Shown here in pieces: positions 9,696-19,359 of a stretch of 64,000 nt of DNA. This DNA comes from Chitinophagales bacterium (lineage in GTDB: Bacteria > Bacteroidota > Bacteroidia > Chitinophagales > Chitinophagaceae), in NCBI GenBank assembly GCA_038227505.1, contig JBBRPX010000001.1, forward strand, positions 1,067 to 65,066, given 5' to 3'. Positions within the stretch are counted from its first letter, which is position 1. Each line of letters starts with the position of its first letter. Both the position numbers and the translations under genes were made by a program. Under the pieces are notes generated by a model, which was not told the origin of the DNA, made no database searches, and was given only the letters and a program-made list of their open reading frames with translations.

Positions 9696-10829
9696 TTATA
9701 AATTACCTCTTGCATCTTGTTCCCTTTCTAAAGCCTCAAACAAAGCTTTAAAATTTCCTTTCCCAAAACTTTTTGCTCCTTTGCGTTGTATAATTTCAAA
9801 AAACAAAGTTGGCCTATCCTGCAAGGGTTTGCTGAAAATTTGTAGCAAATAACCTTCCTCATCTTTATCTATCAATATCCCTAATTCACTTAAAGGTGCA
9901 AGGTCTTCATCTATTTTACCAACCCTATCCAACACATCAACATAATAACTAGGCGGTATTTTTAAAAACTCAACACCACGACTTTGTAAATCTGTTACCG
10001 TGGCAACTATATCGTTGGTTGCTATCGCAACATGTTGTACACCTTCGCCATTATAAAAATCCAGATATTCTTCCACCTGGCTTTTTTTCTTTCCTTCGGC
10101 AGGTTCATTAATAGGAAATTTTACAAAACCGTTTCCGTTGCTCATAACTTTACTCATGAGAGCAGAATATTCAGTTGAGATATCGCTATCATCAAAACTT
10201 AAAATATTTTTAAAGCCCATGACCTCTTCGTAAAATTTAACCCAAGGGTTCATTTGGTTCCAGCCAACATTTCCCACACAATGATCAACATATAATAACC
10301 CTGTTGATGAAGGATTGTAAACACTTTCCATTTTTCTAAAACCAGGCATAAAAATACCTTTGTAATTTTTTCTTTCAATAAACAGATGTACGGTTTCACC
10401 ATAGGTATGAATGCCACTAATAACAACTTCGCCGTTTTCGTCGTTCAATTTTTGTGGCCTCAAGTAACTTTTACCACCTCTGCTAGTAGTTTGCTCCCAA
10501 GCATCCTTTGCATCTTCCACCATTAAAGCCAATACTTTTACACCATCCCCATGTTTGCTTACATGTGTTGCTATTTCATGGTCTTCCCGCAAGGCAGTCG
10601 TTAATACAAAAGTCAATTTATTTTGCCGAATAACATAGCTAACTCTGTCCATTAATCCAGTTTCAGGCCCTGCGTAGGCCAAACTTTGAAACCCAAAAGC
10701 GGTTTTATAAAAATGAGCTGACTGCTTTGCGTTTCCCACATAAAATTCCACATAATCTGTACCCATTAAAGGCAAAAAATCTGCTGATGAGGAAGTATTA
10801 TTTTGATTTATTGTTGTCGTATTTTCCAT
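9696..10829 (-). CDS. hppD: 4-hydroxyphenylpyruvate dioxygenase
   Basis: DHCVGN, GVQHVA and FFEIIQRKGAKSFGKGNFKALFE motifs. Start taken as MENTT at 10829. Confidence 0.97.
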   Translation of the reverse strand: MENTTTINQNNTSSSADFLPLMGTDYVEFYVGNAKQSAHFYKTAFGFQSLAYAGPETGLMDRVSYVIRQNKLTFVLTTALREDHEIATHVSKHGDGVKVLALMVEDAKDAWEQTTSRGGKSYLRPQKLNDENGEVVISGIHTYGETVHLFIERKNYKGIFMPGFRKMESVYNPSSTGLLYVDHCVGNVGWNQMNPWVKFYEEVMGFKNILSFDDSDISTEYSALMSKVMSNGNGFVKFPINEPAEGKKKSQVEEYLDFYNGEGVQHVAIATNDIVATVTDLQSRGVEFLKIPPSYYVDVLDRVGKIDEDLAPLSELGILIDKDEEGYLLQIFSKPLQDRPTLFFEIIQRKGAKSFGKGNFKALFEALEREQDARGNL

Positions 10830-11135
10830 TTCACTTTTTTTACTGAGAAGAAACAGCATTATACCCAGCATTTACGCCATTGCACATTTTGTAGTCAACT
10901 CCATATTAAATTTTGTTTAAAATATTGCACCATATCCGATGCGTATGAGATTTTATTTTACACCATCCATAGCCAGCACTTCCATCAACAAATTATAGTT
11001 GCAGCGCTTATCAGTAAAAATTTTATGGGCGTAATCAGGCGTCATTCTTCACAAATTTAATATTTTATTACCTAAAGAACAATGCAAAATTCTATCACAG
11101 CAAGACTTTCGTGAAAATATAAGCCACATAAAAAT

Positions 11136-11165
11136 AAAAAAGAGACCTTAACAGGTCTCTTTTTT
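11136..11165 (-). terminator. Intrinsic terminator
   Basis: AAAAAAGAGACCT-TAAC-AGGTCTCTTTTTT just downstream of the minus-strand metalloprotease gene. Confidence 0.8.
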
Positions 11166-11184
11166 AAATAGTAAATAGATAATA

Positions 11185-13725
11185 TTATTTTTTAGGATCA
11201 AGGGCTTTCTCAATCCTTCTGCTCATTTCCTTCAAATGAATTCTTGTCATTTGATCAGTAGAACCAAGTGCAGCAGCATTTATTTCAGCTTTTAATGAGG
11301 TAAGGTGAGCACGTACAGAAGCCTGTACATCCACGTAATCATTATCTACCGGGGGTGCAAATCCACGACCAAGATTAAGACCCGGAGGTAGCACCACAGG
11401 CGGTGGTGGATTTAGTACTGTATTCATTTTATCAACATACATCTGTTGTAATTGTCTGCGGTAAACGTCTATTGGCTTGCGTGCGGCGAGTTCACTCCAA
11501 ATACCTCTTTTTACATCAGTCAACAATTCAGGAATACTGTAGGCATAATCATTACCCGGAAGTGTAGAAGCTTCTACCAAATGATTTAAAGTACCAGCTC
11601 TAAATAAACTACCTATAATTCCTTCCTGCAAATCTCCAACTACTTTCAAACCATTTTGGCCTATTTTAGCATAAACATCGTTGTTAAAAAGCCAATCAGG
11701 AGTTTTGAAAAGGTTTTCGTTTAAATAATTAACAGCTTCTTTTTGCTTTGCTTTTGATACAGCTTCAAAAACAACGCCCGGCTCTTCGGTTACTTTTGGT
11801 GTTTTCATAATTCCGCCAATTATCCTTAATACATGGTTGTTGTATCTGTTAAACTGGCTTGTTACTTCACCATACATCATCTCAAGATTAGCATAATCTT
11901 CGTTTGGAACTTTTGTCCAGTCAGTTAAGTTTGGAATTATTCTTTTCAAGTTTTTAATACCATACAAACTACCTTTTACTGCATCATCTCCAACCTGCTC
12001 TGAAAGGTTACGTGGATCATCTCTGTTAGATTCTCCATCTCCAAAAAACAGGCGCTTATTCTTCATATTTTCCATCACCCATTTATTCATGGCAGTTTTT
12101 TCTGCATCAGCACTTTTGTATTCATCAAATCTGCGATAACCCCAATTAATTGCCCATTCATCATAATCGCCTATTCTTGGAAAGATACCTTTAGGCCCAA
12201 TTTTATCTTCAGGTTGTGCAACATAATTAAAACGTGCATAGTCCATAATTGATGGTGTATGCCCATTTGCTTCTACCCACGCTTTGTCTCTCAATTTTTC
12301 AACCGGCACCGTTGATGATGATCCAAAATTATGTCTCAACCCAAGTGTGTGTCCAACTTCGTGAGAAGATACAAAACGGATCAGTTGACCCATCAACTCA
12401 TCATCGAAAATCATTTTTCTTGCACGAACATCATTTGGTGCTGCCTGTACAAAATACCAATTATGAATAAGCGACATCACATTATGATACCAATTTATAT
12501 GGCTCTCCATAATTTCTCCACTGCGTGGGTCAGCAATACTTGGTCCGCTTGCATTAGGTATGGTAGATGGTTTGTAAACAATGGCTGAGAAACGTGCGTC
12601 TTCTAAACTCCACTCTGGATTTTCTGCTTTTGTTGGTGCTCTTTTTGCAACGATGGCATTTTTAAAACCTGCTTTTTCGAAAGCAGTTTGCCAGTCATTT
12701 ACACCCTGTATTAAATATGGAATCCATTTTTCTGGCGTTGCAGGATCGATGTAGAACACTATTGGTTTTTTTGGCTCCACTAACTCCCCTCTTTTATATT
12801 TATCCATGTCCTCTTCCTTTGGTTCCAAGCGCCAGCGCTTTGCCAAAGAAATTCTCTTAACACCTTGTGGGTTTACATCAAAATCAGTAAAGCCAACAGT
12901 AAAATATCCTACCCTTGGATCGTAATATCGTGATTGCATAGGAGTTTGCGGCAACAACACCATTGAGCTATTTAGCTCCAATGTTACGTTCCCTGAATTA
13001 GCTGCGGCAGGAGAACTCGAGTAAGTTTTTACAGTAACAACTTCTACGTTTATCGGAAAAGTTTTTACATTTACTACGTAAGATTTATCTTTTTGTATTG
13101 AGCTAAGATTTGCTCTTTTTTTAATGTCATTGTCTAAAAACAAAACACTATTGTCTCCATTTACAAGGTCTGTAACATCAATTACTACTGCAGATGAATC
13201 TTTTGAATATGCTTTAATATCAAATACAAATTCAATGGGCTGTATGTTTGAATTGTTTACGGAAGAAAACATTGGAGCGGTAGAATCTTTCGTGTATTCT
13301 GCGAATGAGATGGTGCGCAAAAAGATGTTATCGTTTGGTCCTCTTTCAAATGATATTACATTTGAGCCGATATCATCACCTGCATAAGAAAGACCGGAAT
13401 TACGACCGGTTGTAGGTGCTTTCGAAATTCTGTTTACTACAAGAATTTCCCTTTTTAATAAATTTTTAGGGATTTCAAAGAAATATTTATCGTCCAAAAA
13501 ATGAACTTTAAACATGCCTAATGTTGTCTTTGCTTTTGCGGTAATAATTTCCGAGTAAGGTCTCGGACCTTTTGAAGGTGGTTTTAATTTTGCGTTTTTA
13601 GATGTGTCAGCAACAGCCATAGCTGTGTCGCCGGGCGATTTGCCACCAGGACTTTGAGCTAAAACACTTCCAGTACAAAAAAGTAGGGCAATAACAAGCA
13701 GCCGGTTTTTGGTAGTTAATCTCAT
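11185..13725 (-). CDS. Secreted zinc-dependent metalloprotease (DUF5117/DUF5118/DUF4953, EcxA-like)
   Basis: Signal peptide; HEVGHTLGLRH metzincin motif and SIMDY Met-turn. Confidence 0.9.
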   Translation of the reverse strand: MRLTTKNRLLVIALLFCTGSVLAQSPGGKSPGDTAMAVADTSKNAKLKPPSKGPRPYSEIITAKAKTTLGMFKVHFLDDKYFFEIPKNLLKREILVVNRISKAPTTGRNSGLSYAGDDIGSNVISFERGPNDNIFLRTISFAEYTKDSTAPMFSSVNNSNIQPIEFVFDIKAYSKDSSAVVIDVTDLVNGDNSVLFLDNDIKKRANLSSIQKDKSYVVNVKTFPINVEVVTVKTYSSSPAAANSGNVTLELNSSMVLLPQTPMQSRYYDPRVGYFTVGFTDFDVNPQGVKRISLAKRWRLEPKEEDMDKYKRGELVEPKKPIVFYIDPATPEKWIPYLIQGVNDWQTAFEKAGFKNAIVAKRAPTKAENPEWSLEDARFSAIVYKPSTIPNASGPSIADPRSGEIMESHINWYHNVMSLIHNWYFVQAAPNDVRARKMIFDDELMGQLIRFVSSHEVGHTLGLRHNFGSSSTVPVEKLRDKAWVEANGHTPSIMDYARFNYVAQPEDKIGPKGIFPRIGDYDEWAINWGYRRFDEYKSADAEKTAMNKWVMENMKNKRLFFGDGESNRDDPRNLSEQVGDDAVKGSLYGIKNLKRIIPNLTDWTKVPNEDYANLEMMYGEVTSQFNRYNNHVLRIIGGIMKTPKVTEEPGVVFEAVSKAKQKEAVNYLNENLFKTPDWLFNNDVYAKIGQNGLKVVGDLQEGIIGSLFRAGTLNHLVEASTLPGNDYAYSIPELLTDVKRGIWSELAARKPIDVYRRQLQQMYVDKMNTVLNPPPPVVLPPGLNLGRGFAPPVDNDYVDVQASVRAHLTSLKAEINAAALGSTDQMTRIHLKEMSRRIEKALDPKK

Positions 13726-13825
13726 TGAAGTTTTATTTATGAATGAATTGTTAAGACTTAGACTACAATAATAATCAAAAACATGTCGGTATATCAGAGT
13801 TTTTTAAAACAAATTTTTACTGCCT

Positions 13826-13833
13826 TATCTTTG
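13826..13833 (+). promoter_or_regulatory. Bacteroidota -7 promoter element of purK
   Basis: TATCTTTG matches TAnnTTTG, 5 nt before the ATG. Confidence 0.6.
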
Positions 13834-13838
13834 AGGCT

Positions 13839-14969
13839 ATGATAAAAGCTGGAATTTTGGGTGGCGGGCAATTAGGCAGAATGTTGTTGCAAGCTGCAGC
13901 AAATTACCCTGTCGAGACTTATATTTTAGAGAATGATTCCACATGCCCATCTGCTCATCTTTGCCACCATTTTACTAAGGGAGATATTACAAACTTTGAC
14001 GATGTTTACAATTTTGGAAAAGGACTTGATGTTGTTACCATAGAAATTGAAAATGTAAATGAAGATGCATTACAGCAATTAGAAAATGAGGGAATAAAAA
14101 TTTTTCCAAATGTAGCTGCATTAAAAATTATAAAAAGTAAGATTTTACAAAAAGAATTTTACAAAGCAATTGAAGTTCCGTCCGGCGAATTCGTTGTTAC
14201 AAACTCAAAAACTGACCTTCATCAACACAAACATTTTTTACCTGCTGTGCACAAACTTGCAAAGGGTGGTTATGACGGCAAGGGGGTTGAATTGATGCAT
14301 ACAGAAGTAGATCTTGGAAAAGGTTTTGATGCGCCAGCTGTGTTAGAAAAAATGGTGGACATAAAAAAGGAACTCTCCATGATTATTGCAGTAAGCCAAA
14401 CCGGTGAGACTGTAATTTATGAACCGGTGGATATGGTGGTAGATCAACGACTAAATTTATTGAGTTACCAGATTTGCCCTGCTATAATACCTGAAAAAAT
14501 AATGTGGAAAGCTGAGGCAGTAGCTTTAAAAGTGGTAAAGGAATTAAAAAGTGCAGGCATTTTTGCGGTAGAACTTTTCACTGATCAGAATGATAATATT
14601 TTTGTAAATGAAACTGCGCCACGTGTACATAACAGTGGCCATCACAGCATTGAAGCATGCTACAGCAGTCAGTTTGATATGTTATGGCGGGTAATGCTTG
14701 GTTATCCCCTGGGCAATACAGATCATATTTTACCTGCCGCCATCGTGAACCTTGTTGGAGAAGAAAATCATACAGGCGATGCTGTATATGAAGGTTTAAA
14801 AGAAGTACTTGCAATGGATAATGTTTTCGTCCACATTTACGGAAAAAAAACAACCAGGCCCGGCCGAAAAATGGGACATGTTACCATTTTAAGCAATGAA
14901 CCACAAGAATTGTTGCATAAGGCCAATCAAATAAAACAGTTATTGAAAGTGGTTGCAAAGAATGCTTAA
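13839..14969 (+). CDS. purK: N5-carboxyaminoimidazole ribonucleotide synthase
   Basis: GILGGGQLGRM, GYDGKG, NETAPRVHNSGH and GRKMGHVT motifs. Confidence 0.97.
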   Translation: MIKAGILGGGQLGRMLLQAAANYPVETYILENDSTCPSAHLCHHFTKGDITNFDDVYNFGKGLDVVTIEIENVNEDALQQLENEGIKIFPNVAALKIIKSKILQKEFYKAIEVPSGEFVVTNSKTDLHQHKHFLPAVHKLAKGGYDGKGVELMHTEVDLGKGFDAPAVLEKMVDIKKELSMIIAVSQTGETVIYEPVDMVVDQRLNLLSYQICPAIIPEKIMWKAEAVALKVVKELKSAGIFAVELFTDQNDNIFVNETAPRVHNSGHHSIEACYSSQFDMLWRVMLGYPLGNTDHILPAAIVNLVGEENHTGDAVYEGLKEVLAMDNVFVHIYGKKTTRPGRKMGHVTILSNEPQELLHKANQIKQLLKVVAKNA

Positions 14970-15083
14970 TTAATTAGGCTTGACATGTCATCATTATTTC
15001 ATCCTTACCATAACTATTTTTTTGTTGAAGGTTCTCGTAAAAATATTCCTCCTCACTAATTTTTCTACTTGTTTAAATCTTAA

Positions 15084-15647
15084 ATGATGAGTGCAAATCT
15101 TTACCAGCTTTTCAATAATATTTTCCCAATATCTATTGAGTTACAAAATGAGTTAACAAATTTATTAAAAGAAGAGAAAGTAGCTAAGAAGGAATTTATT
15201 TTAAAGGAAGGTGAGGTATGCAAAAACATATACTTTATAGAAAGTGGTTATTTTAAATCTTTTCACTTGCGTGACGGAAAAGAGATTGTACAATGGTTTA
15301 TGAAAACCAACGATGTAATAATTTCTGTAAATAGTTTTTATAACCAGGTGCTCAGTTATGAGTTTATTCAGGCTACGGAAGATTCGATAGTACATTTTAT
15401 CAGTTATGAAAATCTTGAGTATCTCTACAAAAATTTTATGGAGCTAAATTTTATAGGGAGGCATTTAACGCAACATTACTATGCCTTAAGTGAGCAAAGG
15501 TTGTTTAGTATGCGAAAGCAAAAAGCAGAAGACCGCTATCTTTTTTTATTAAATACGCATCCTGAAATTATCCAAAACGCCTCACGCACCGATATCGCAT
15601 CCTACCTTGGTATATCTTTAGAAACATTGAGCAGAATTAGAAAATAA
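15084..15647 (+). CDS. Crp/Fnr family transcriptional regulator
   Basis: cNMP-binding-like domain (KEGEVCKNIYFIESG) and C-terminal HTH IASYLGISLETLSRIR. Confidence 0.92.
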   Translation: MMSANLYQLFNNIFPISIELQNELTNLLKEEKVAKKEFILKEGEVCKNIYFIESGYFKSFHLRDGKEIVQWFMKTNDVIISVNSFYNQVLSYEFIQATEDSIVHFISYENLEYLYKNFMELNFIGRHLTQHYYALSEQRLFSMRKQKAEDRYLFLLNTHPEIIQNASRTDIASYLGISLETLSRIRK

Positions 15648-15651
15648 AATT

Positions 15652-15669
15652 ATTTGACAAATGTCAAAT
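15652..15669. promoter_or_regulatory. FNR-like palindromic box
   Basis: ATTTGAC-AAAT-GTCAAAT (core TTGAC-N4-GTCAA) between the Crp stop and the lipoprotein start. Confidence 0.65.
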
Positions 15670-15716
15670 TTTATATCAACAACGATTTGTTATTTTGGTC
15701 ACTAAAATTGACAAAT

Positions 15717-17279
15717 ATGAAAAAAGGATTTTTATTTTATTTGCTTACCATTTTATTAATTGTATTTATTTTAAATTCCTGTAAAAAAGAAATTGATAAT
15801 ATTGACCAGCCTCGTTCAATACAAAACACACAATTAATTGAAAACTTCTTAAAAGTACCTGCTACAGCTCCATCTGTTGTTAAAAGAATTGCAGAAGAAT
15901 TTAGAAACCAAGATAAGATTCGTCCCGGATTTATTGCTGAATTTGCATCTAAAAACGGTTCTGTCCTTTGGGGACAAGCAGAAATTTCATTTCGTGATAA
16001 AACTATGTTTAGAAATGGCTTTGCAGCAGAAGGTGATACTACCGTACTGCTCCCCTTTAGTACAATAGCAGATAGTTCGTTGACAGGGTTTATTCAAGCT
16101 GAAGTTTACGACTCGGTAAAACTGTTCATGTACAATGCTAATGATTATGGCACTTTACCTTCAAGCCAAGATTATAATGATACTGTATTTACACAACAAA
16201 AATTCGCCTTAGTAATGATGCAGCTTCAAAAAGAAGTGACAGGAGATAGTCTTTTTGCTATGACAGATACCACACTTTTTCAGCAAAGTGGACAAGCTGT
16301 TACAAAGGTAAAAATAAACGAAGTAAATAAAGCAATGGCAACAATAGTAACACCTTCATGGTGCTTTGCTGTTACCTTTCAAATCATGCCTTTTGTTGAT
16401 ATCAATATTTGGCTTTGCTTTCCTTTTGGCGATGGTTCAAACCTCCCCAATTATCCTCCCTATAATCATGGCAGTGGTGGTACCGGTAGTGGAACTGGCG
16501 GTACAGGTAGTCCAACTGGTGATACTGGCGGTTCACCAACGGGTGATCCTTGCATGGGAAGGCAGATAGTCGATGGCAATTTACCTTCAGGTTGTGGTGG
16601 AGGACCTGTTGGATGGGAGCCAATTGAAGCCAACGAACCTGTTACATTAGTTGACAGCAATGCGGGTGATCCACCAGTCGACATAGTAAAAATCTTTAAT
16701 TGCTTTAATTTATTACCTGACGCAGGAGCTACATATTCCGTTAAACTTTGTGTTGATATTCCAGTTAATGGAAATCCAAATTGGCCAATTGCAAGTGTGG
16801 GAGATGTAGGTCATACTTTTTTAACTGTCACAAAAACAAATGGTAGTAACTCTATAACTTAATCTTTTGGGTTTTATCCCACATCAATTTTAAATTTAAC
16901 TGGTTTATACGTTAATAGTAAAATGGTCAACAACGGTGCACTTTTAAATGAGCATGAATTTAATGCTAAAATAATAATGAATCTTACTCAAGCACAATTC
17001 GATTTACTCAAACAGAATGCAATTTCAAAATCTTTAAAACGGTATTCCTTAATATATAATAATTGTACAGACTATGCATTAGACTTATTTAATTCAGTAA
17101 GAGCAACACCAATCGCTTCCGAACCAATTATAGTACCTATATACAATGTTATTTATTCTAGTCCTCCAGGTTTATACAATACTTTGAATACGCTAAAATC
17201 TCAAGGAGGAAGTGAAAGTCAAAATATAGAAGTTAATGTATTATTCAAACCAATGATAAGCCATGGAGAATGCCCTTAA
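15717..17279 (+). pseudogene. Lipoprotein with Gly/Thr/Pro linker and C-terminal His...Asn-Cys papain-like putative toxin domain, interrupted by an in-frame TAA
   Basis: Lipobox ILNS-C22. ORFs 15654-16862 and 16923-17279 share one frame, separated only by TAA at 16860-16862 (…NSIT*SFGFYP…). GHTF (His codon 16812) and YNNCTDY (Cys codon 17064). Function is inferred. Confidence 0.7.
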
Positions 17280-17679
17280 TGTAAAACAAAAAATCAAATA
17301 TTTATTGTATATCATTTTATCTATTACTATATCCAATACTTGGCTTTTTAAAAACGTTACCCAATTGGATGATAATTATTACAGATACTCTAATACATCT
17401 GGATTAATAACTGTTAAGGAATATCCAGTAGATAGAATTTATATAAATAATGTTTTTAAATTAGAAAAAGGGTATTGGGCATTGTATCAAAAACAGTTTA
17501 CTTCAAATGCAAATGATACGATCATTTTTCGTTTATACAAAAAGTCTCCATTTAAATTTTGGAGATGGTATGAATACATGTACAACTGGAGATATGACAT
17601 GCCATACAAGGATTGGGATGAAATAAAAAAGAACCGTCCTGTAAACTTTGTTAGAAATAAAAGTTTTCAAGCATTTTAA
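17263..17679 (+). CDS. Small membrane/secreted protein, array member A (putative immunity)
   Basis: N-terminal hydrophobic helix; family motif YYRYSN..G…DTIIFRLY…PFKFWRW…PYKDWDEI…QAF; start overlaps the upstream gene by 17 nt. Confidence 0.75.
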   Translation: MENALNVKQKIKYLLYIILSITISNTWLFKNVTQLDDNYYRYSNTSGLITVKEYPVDRIYINNVFKLEKGYWALYQKQFTSNANDTIIFRLYKKSPFKFWRWYEYMYNWRYDMPYKDWDEIKKNRPVNFVRNKSFQAF

Positions 17680-17733
17680 AATTAATCCGCTGTAAACATT
17701 TTTAATTTTTTCCAACGCAGAAGTAAAAGATTT

Positions 17734-18096
17734 ATGAAATTTATAATATTATTTGTATTGGTTGGTTTAGTGTCTAATATTTCACCGGTTCATGAAATAT
17801 TCTCTCTGTTTGGCGATAGTGATCATTTTAAATATTCAAATGCTAACGGTGAATTCACATTTGTTGAATTCAAGGGAAGGGATACTGTTATGCTTAAAAA
17901 AGTATTTAATCTATATTCAGAAAAAACCAATGATACAATTTTATATCGATTGTTTTCAAAAAATCCTTTAGCCTTCTGGCGAATAAAAAAATACTTTACT
18001 GACCCAAAATATAATTTGCCTTATAAAAACTGGGATGAAATAAAAAGTAAAAGAACGTATGAACTTAAAAATTCCAACAACTGGCAGGACTTTTAA
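17734..18096 (+). CDS. Array member B (putative immunity)
   Basis: Signal-like N-terminus; HFKYSN.NG…DTILYRLF…FWR…PYKNWDEI…QDF. Confidence 0.75.
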   Translation: MKFIILFVLVGLVSNISPVHEIFSLFGDSDHFKYSNANGEFTFVEFKGRDTVMLKKVFNLYSEKTNDTILYRLFSKNPLAFWRIKKYFTDPKYNLPYKNWDEIKSKRTYELKNSNNWQDF

Positions 18097-18481
18097 AAAT
18101 AGTTTTATCCTATTTCTTTTTTTGATGACTATTACAAATATACCTGGGATCAAAGAAATTTCCGGGGCTAATAAAGCGTATTATAGATATAGTAATTACA
18201 ATGGCACAATCACTTCATGGGAAATTTTATCCCAAGGCAGGGAGATTGATAAGGAATATGTAAAAACAATAAGCCAAAATGAGCAATTTAAAAAAATGCA
18301 TCCAGATACTAAGGATACTACAATTTATAGGCTATTTGAGATAAATCCATTTCATTTTTGGCGATGGGGCGAATATATTTTTAATTGGCGTTATAGGCTT
18401 CCTTATAAAAATTGGAAAGAAATAAAAAAAAGAAGAGGTTATGGTGAATTAAAGTATGCGAACAGTTTTCAAGAGTTTTAG
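18059..18481 (+). CDS. Array member C (putative immunity)
   Basis: YYRYSNYNG…DTTIYRLF…FWRW…PYKNWKEI…QEF; start uncertain, overlaps member B. Confidence 0.7.
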   Translation: MNLKIPTTGRTFKNSFILFLFLMTITNIPGIKEISGANKAYYRYSNYNGTITSWEILSQGREIDKEYVKTISQNEQFKKMHPDTKDTTIYRLFEINPFHFWRWGEYIFNWRYRLPYKNWKEIKKRRGYGELKYANSFQEF

Positions 18482-18896
18482 TATTATGAAACTGAACTTC
18501 AATATCTGCAGATATGTTATTTTATTTATCACAATAATTTTGATATCCAACACTTGGCTCATTAAAAATGTTACACAACTGGATGATAATTATTACAGAT
18601 ATTCTAATATAAGTGGTTTGAGAACAGTCAAAGAATACCCAATAGATAGAAGCTATATTCATATAAATATAATGAAGAGGCACAAAGAAGACTGGGATGA
18701 GTATGCTAGAACATTTCCTAATAATTCAAATGATACAATTATATATCGTTTATATAAAAAATCACCTTTTAAATTTTGGAGATGGTATGAATATATGTAC
18801 AACTGGCGATATGAGATGCCCTACAAAGATTGGGATGAAATAAAAAAGAACCGTCCTGTAAATTTTGTTAGAAATAAAAGATACCAGGCATTTTAA
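18456..18896 (+). CDS. Array member A' (paralog of 17263-17679)
   Basis: 107/113 nt identical to A over 18768-18880 vs 17551-17663; start at 18456 or 18486. Confidence 0.75.
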   Translation: MRTVFKSFSIMKLNFNICRYVILFITIILISNTWLIKNVTQLDDNYYRYSNISGLRTVKEYPIDRSYIHINIMKRHKEDWDEYARTFPNNSNDTIIYRLYKKSPFKFWRWYEYMYNWRYEMPYKDWDEIKKNRPVNFVRNKRYQAF

Positions 18897-18951
18897 AAAG
18901 TTAATCCGCTTGAAAGATTTTTATATTTTGAAAACCAGCACTAAGAGATGT

Positions 18952-19311
18952 ATGAAATTTATATTTTTTTTTGTTTTGATTGTTCTAGGATCTAATATTT
19001 CGCCTGTTCATGAAATTTTTTCTCTTTTTGGCGATAGTAATCATTTTAAATATTCAAATGATAACGGTGAATTCACATTTGTTGAATTCAAGGGAAGGGA
19101 TACTGCAATGATGAACAGATGGCTTACGGCATATAAGCAACAAAGTAAGGATACTGTTTTATATAGATTATTTTCTAAAAACCCATTCGCTTTTTGGCGT
19201 ATAAAAAGTTATTTTATTGATCCCAAATATAATTTGCCATATAAAAATTGGGAAGAAATTGAAAAGACAAGAGGTACGATTACAGATTTGGCAAGATTTC
19301 AAAATTTTTAA
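18952..19311 (+). CDS. Array member B' (paralog of 17734-18096)
   Basis: MKFIFFFV start at 18952 aligns with B; SNISPVHEIFSLFGDS and GEFTFVEFKGRDT are shared. Confidence 0.75.
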   Translation: MKFIFFFVLIVLGSNISPVHEIFSLFGDSNHFKYSNDNGEFTFVEFKGRDTAMMNRWLTAYKQQSKDTVLYRLFSKNPFAFWRIKSYFIDPKYNLPYKNWEEIEKTRGTITDLARFQNF

Positions 19312-19359
19312 GGACTATAAAAATTTCAAAGCTTTTTTTAAAAATTCATCAATTTTAAT

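Noticed and set aside
14981-14990. TGACATGTCA palindrome upstream of the first crp gene as a further Crp box
   Set aside because: Half-site spacing does not match TTGAY-N4-RTCAA; too short to support.
17263-19311. Array as CRISPR or DGR target repeats
   Set aside because: The repeats are whole protein-coding paralogs; there are no short regularly spaced repeats, no reverse transcriptase, and the differences are not adenine-specific.
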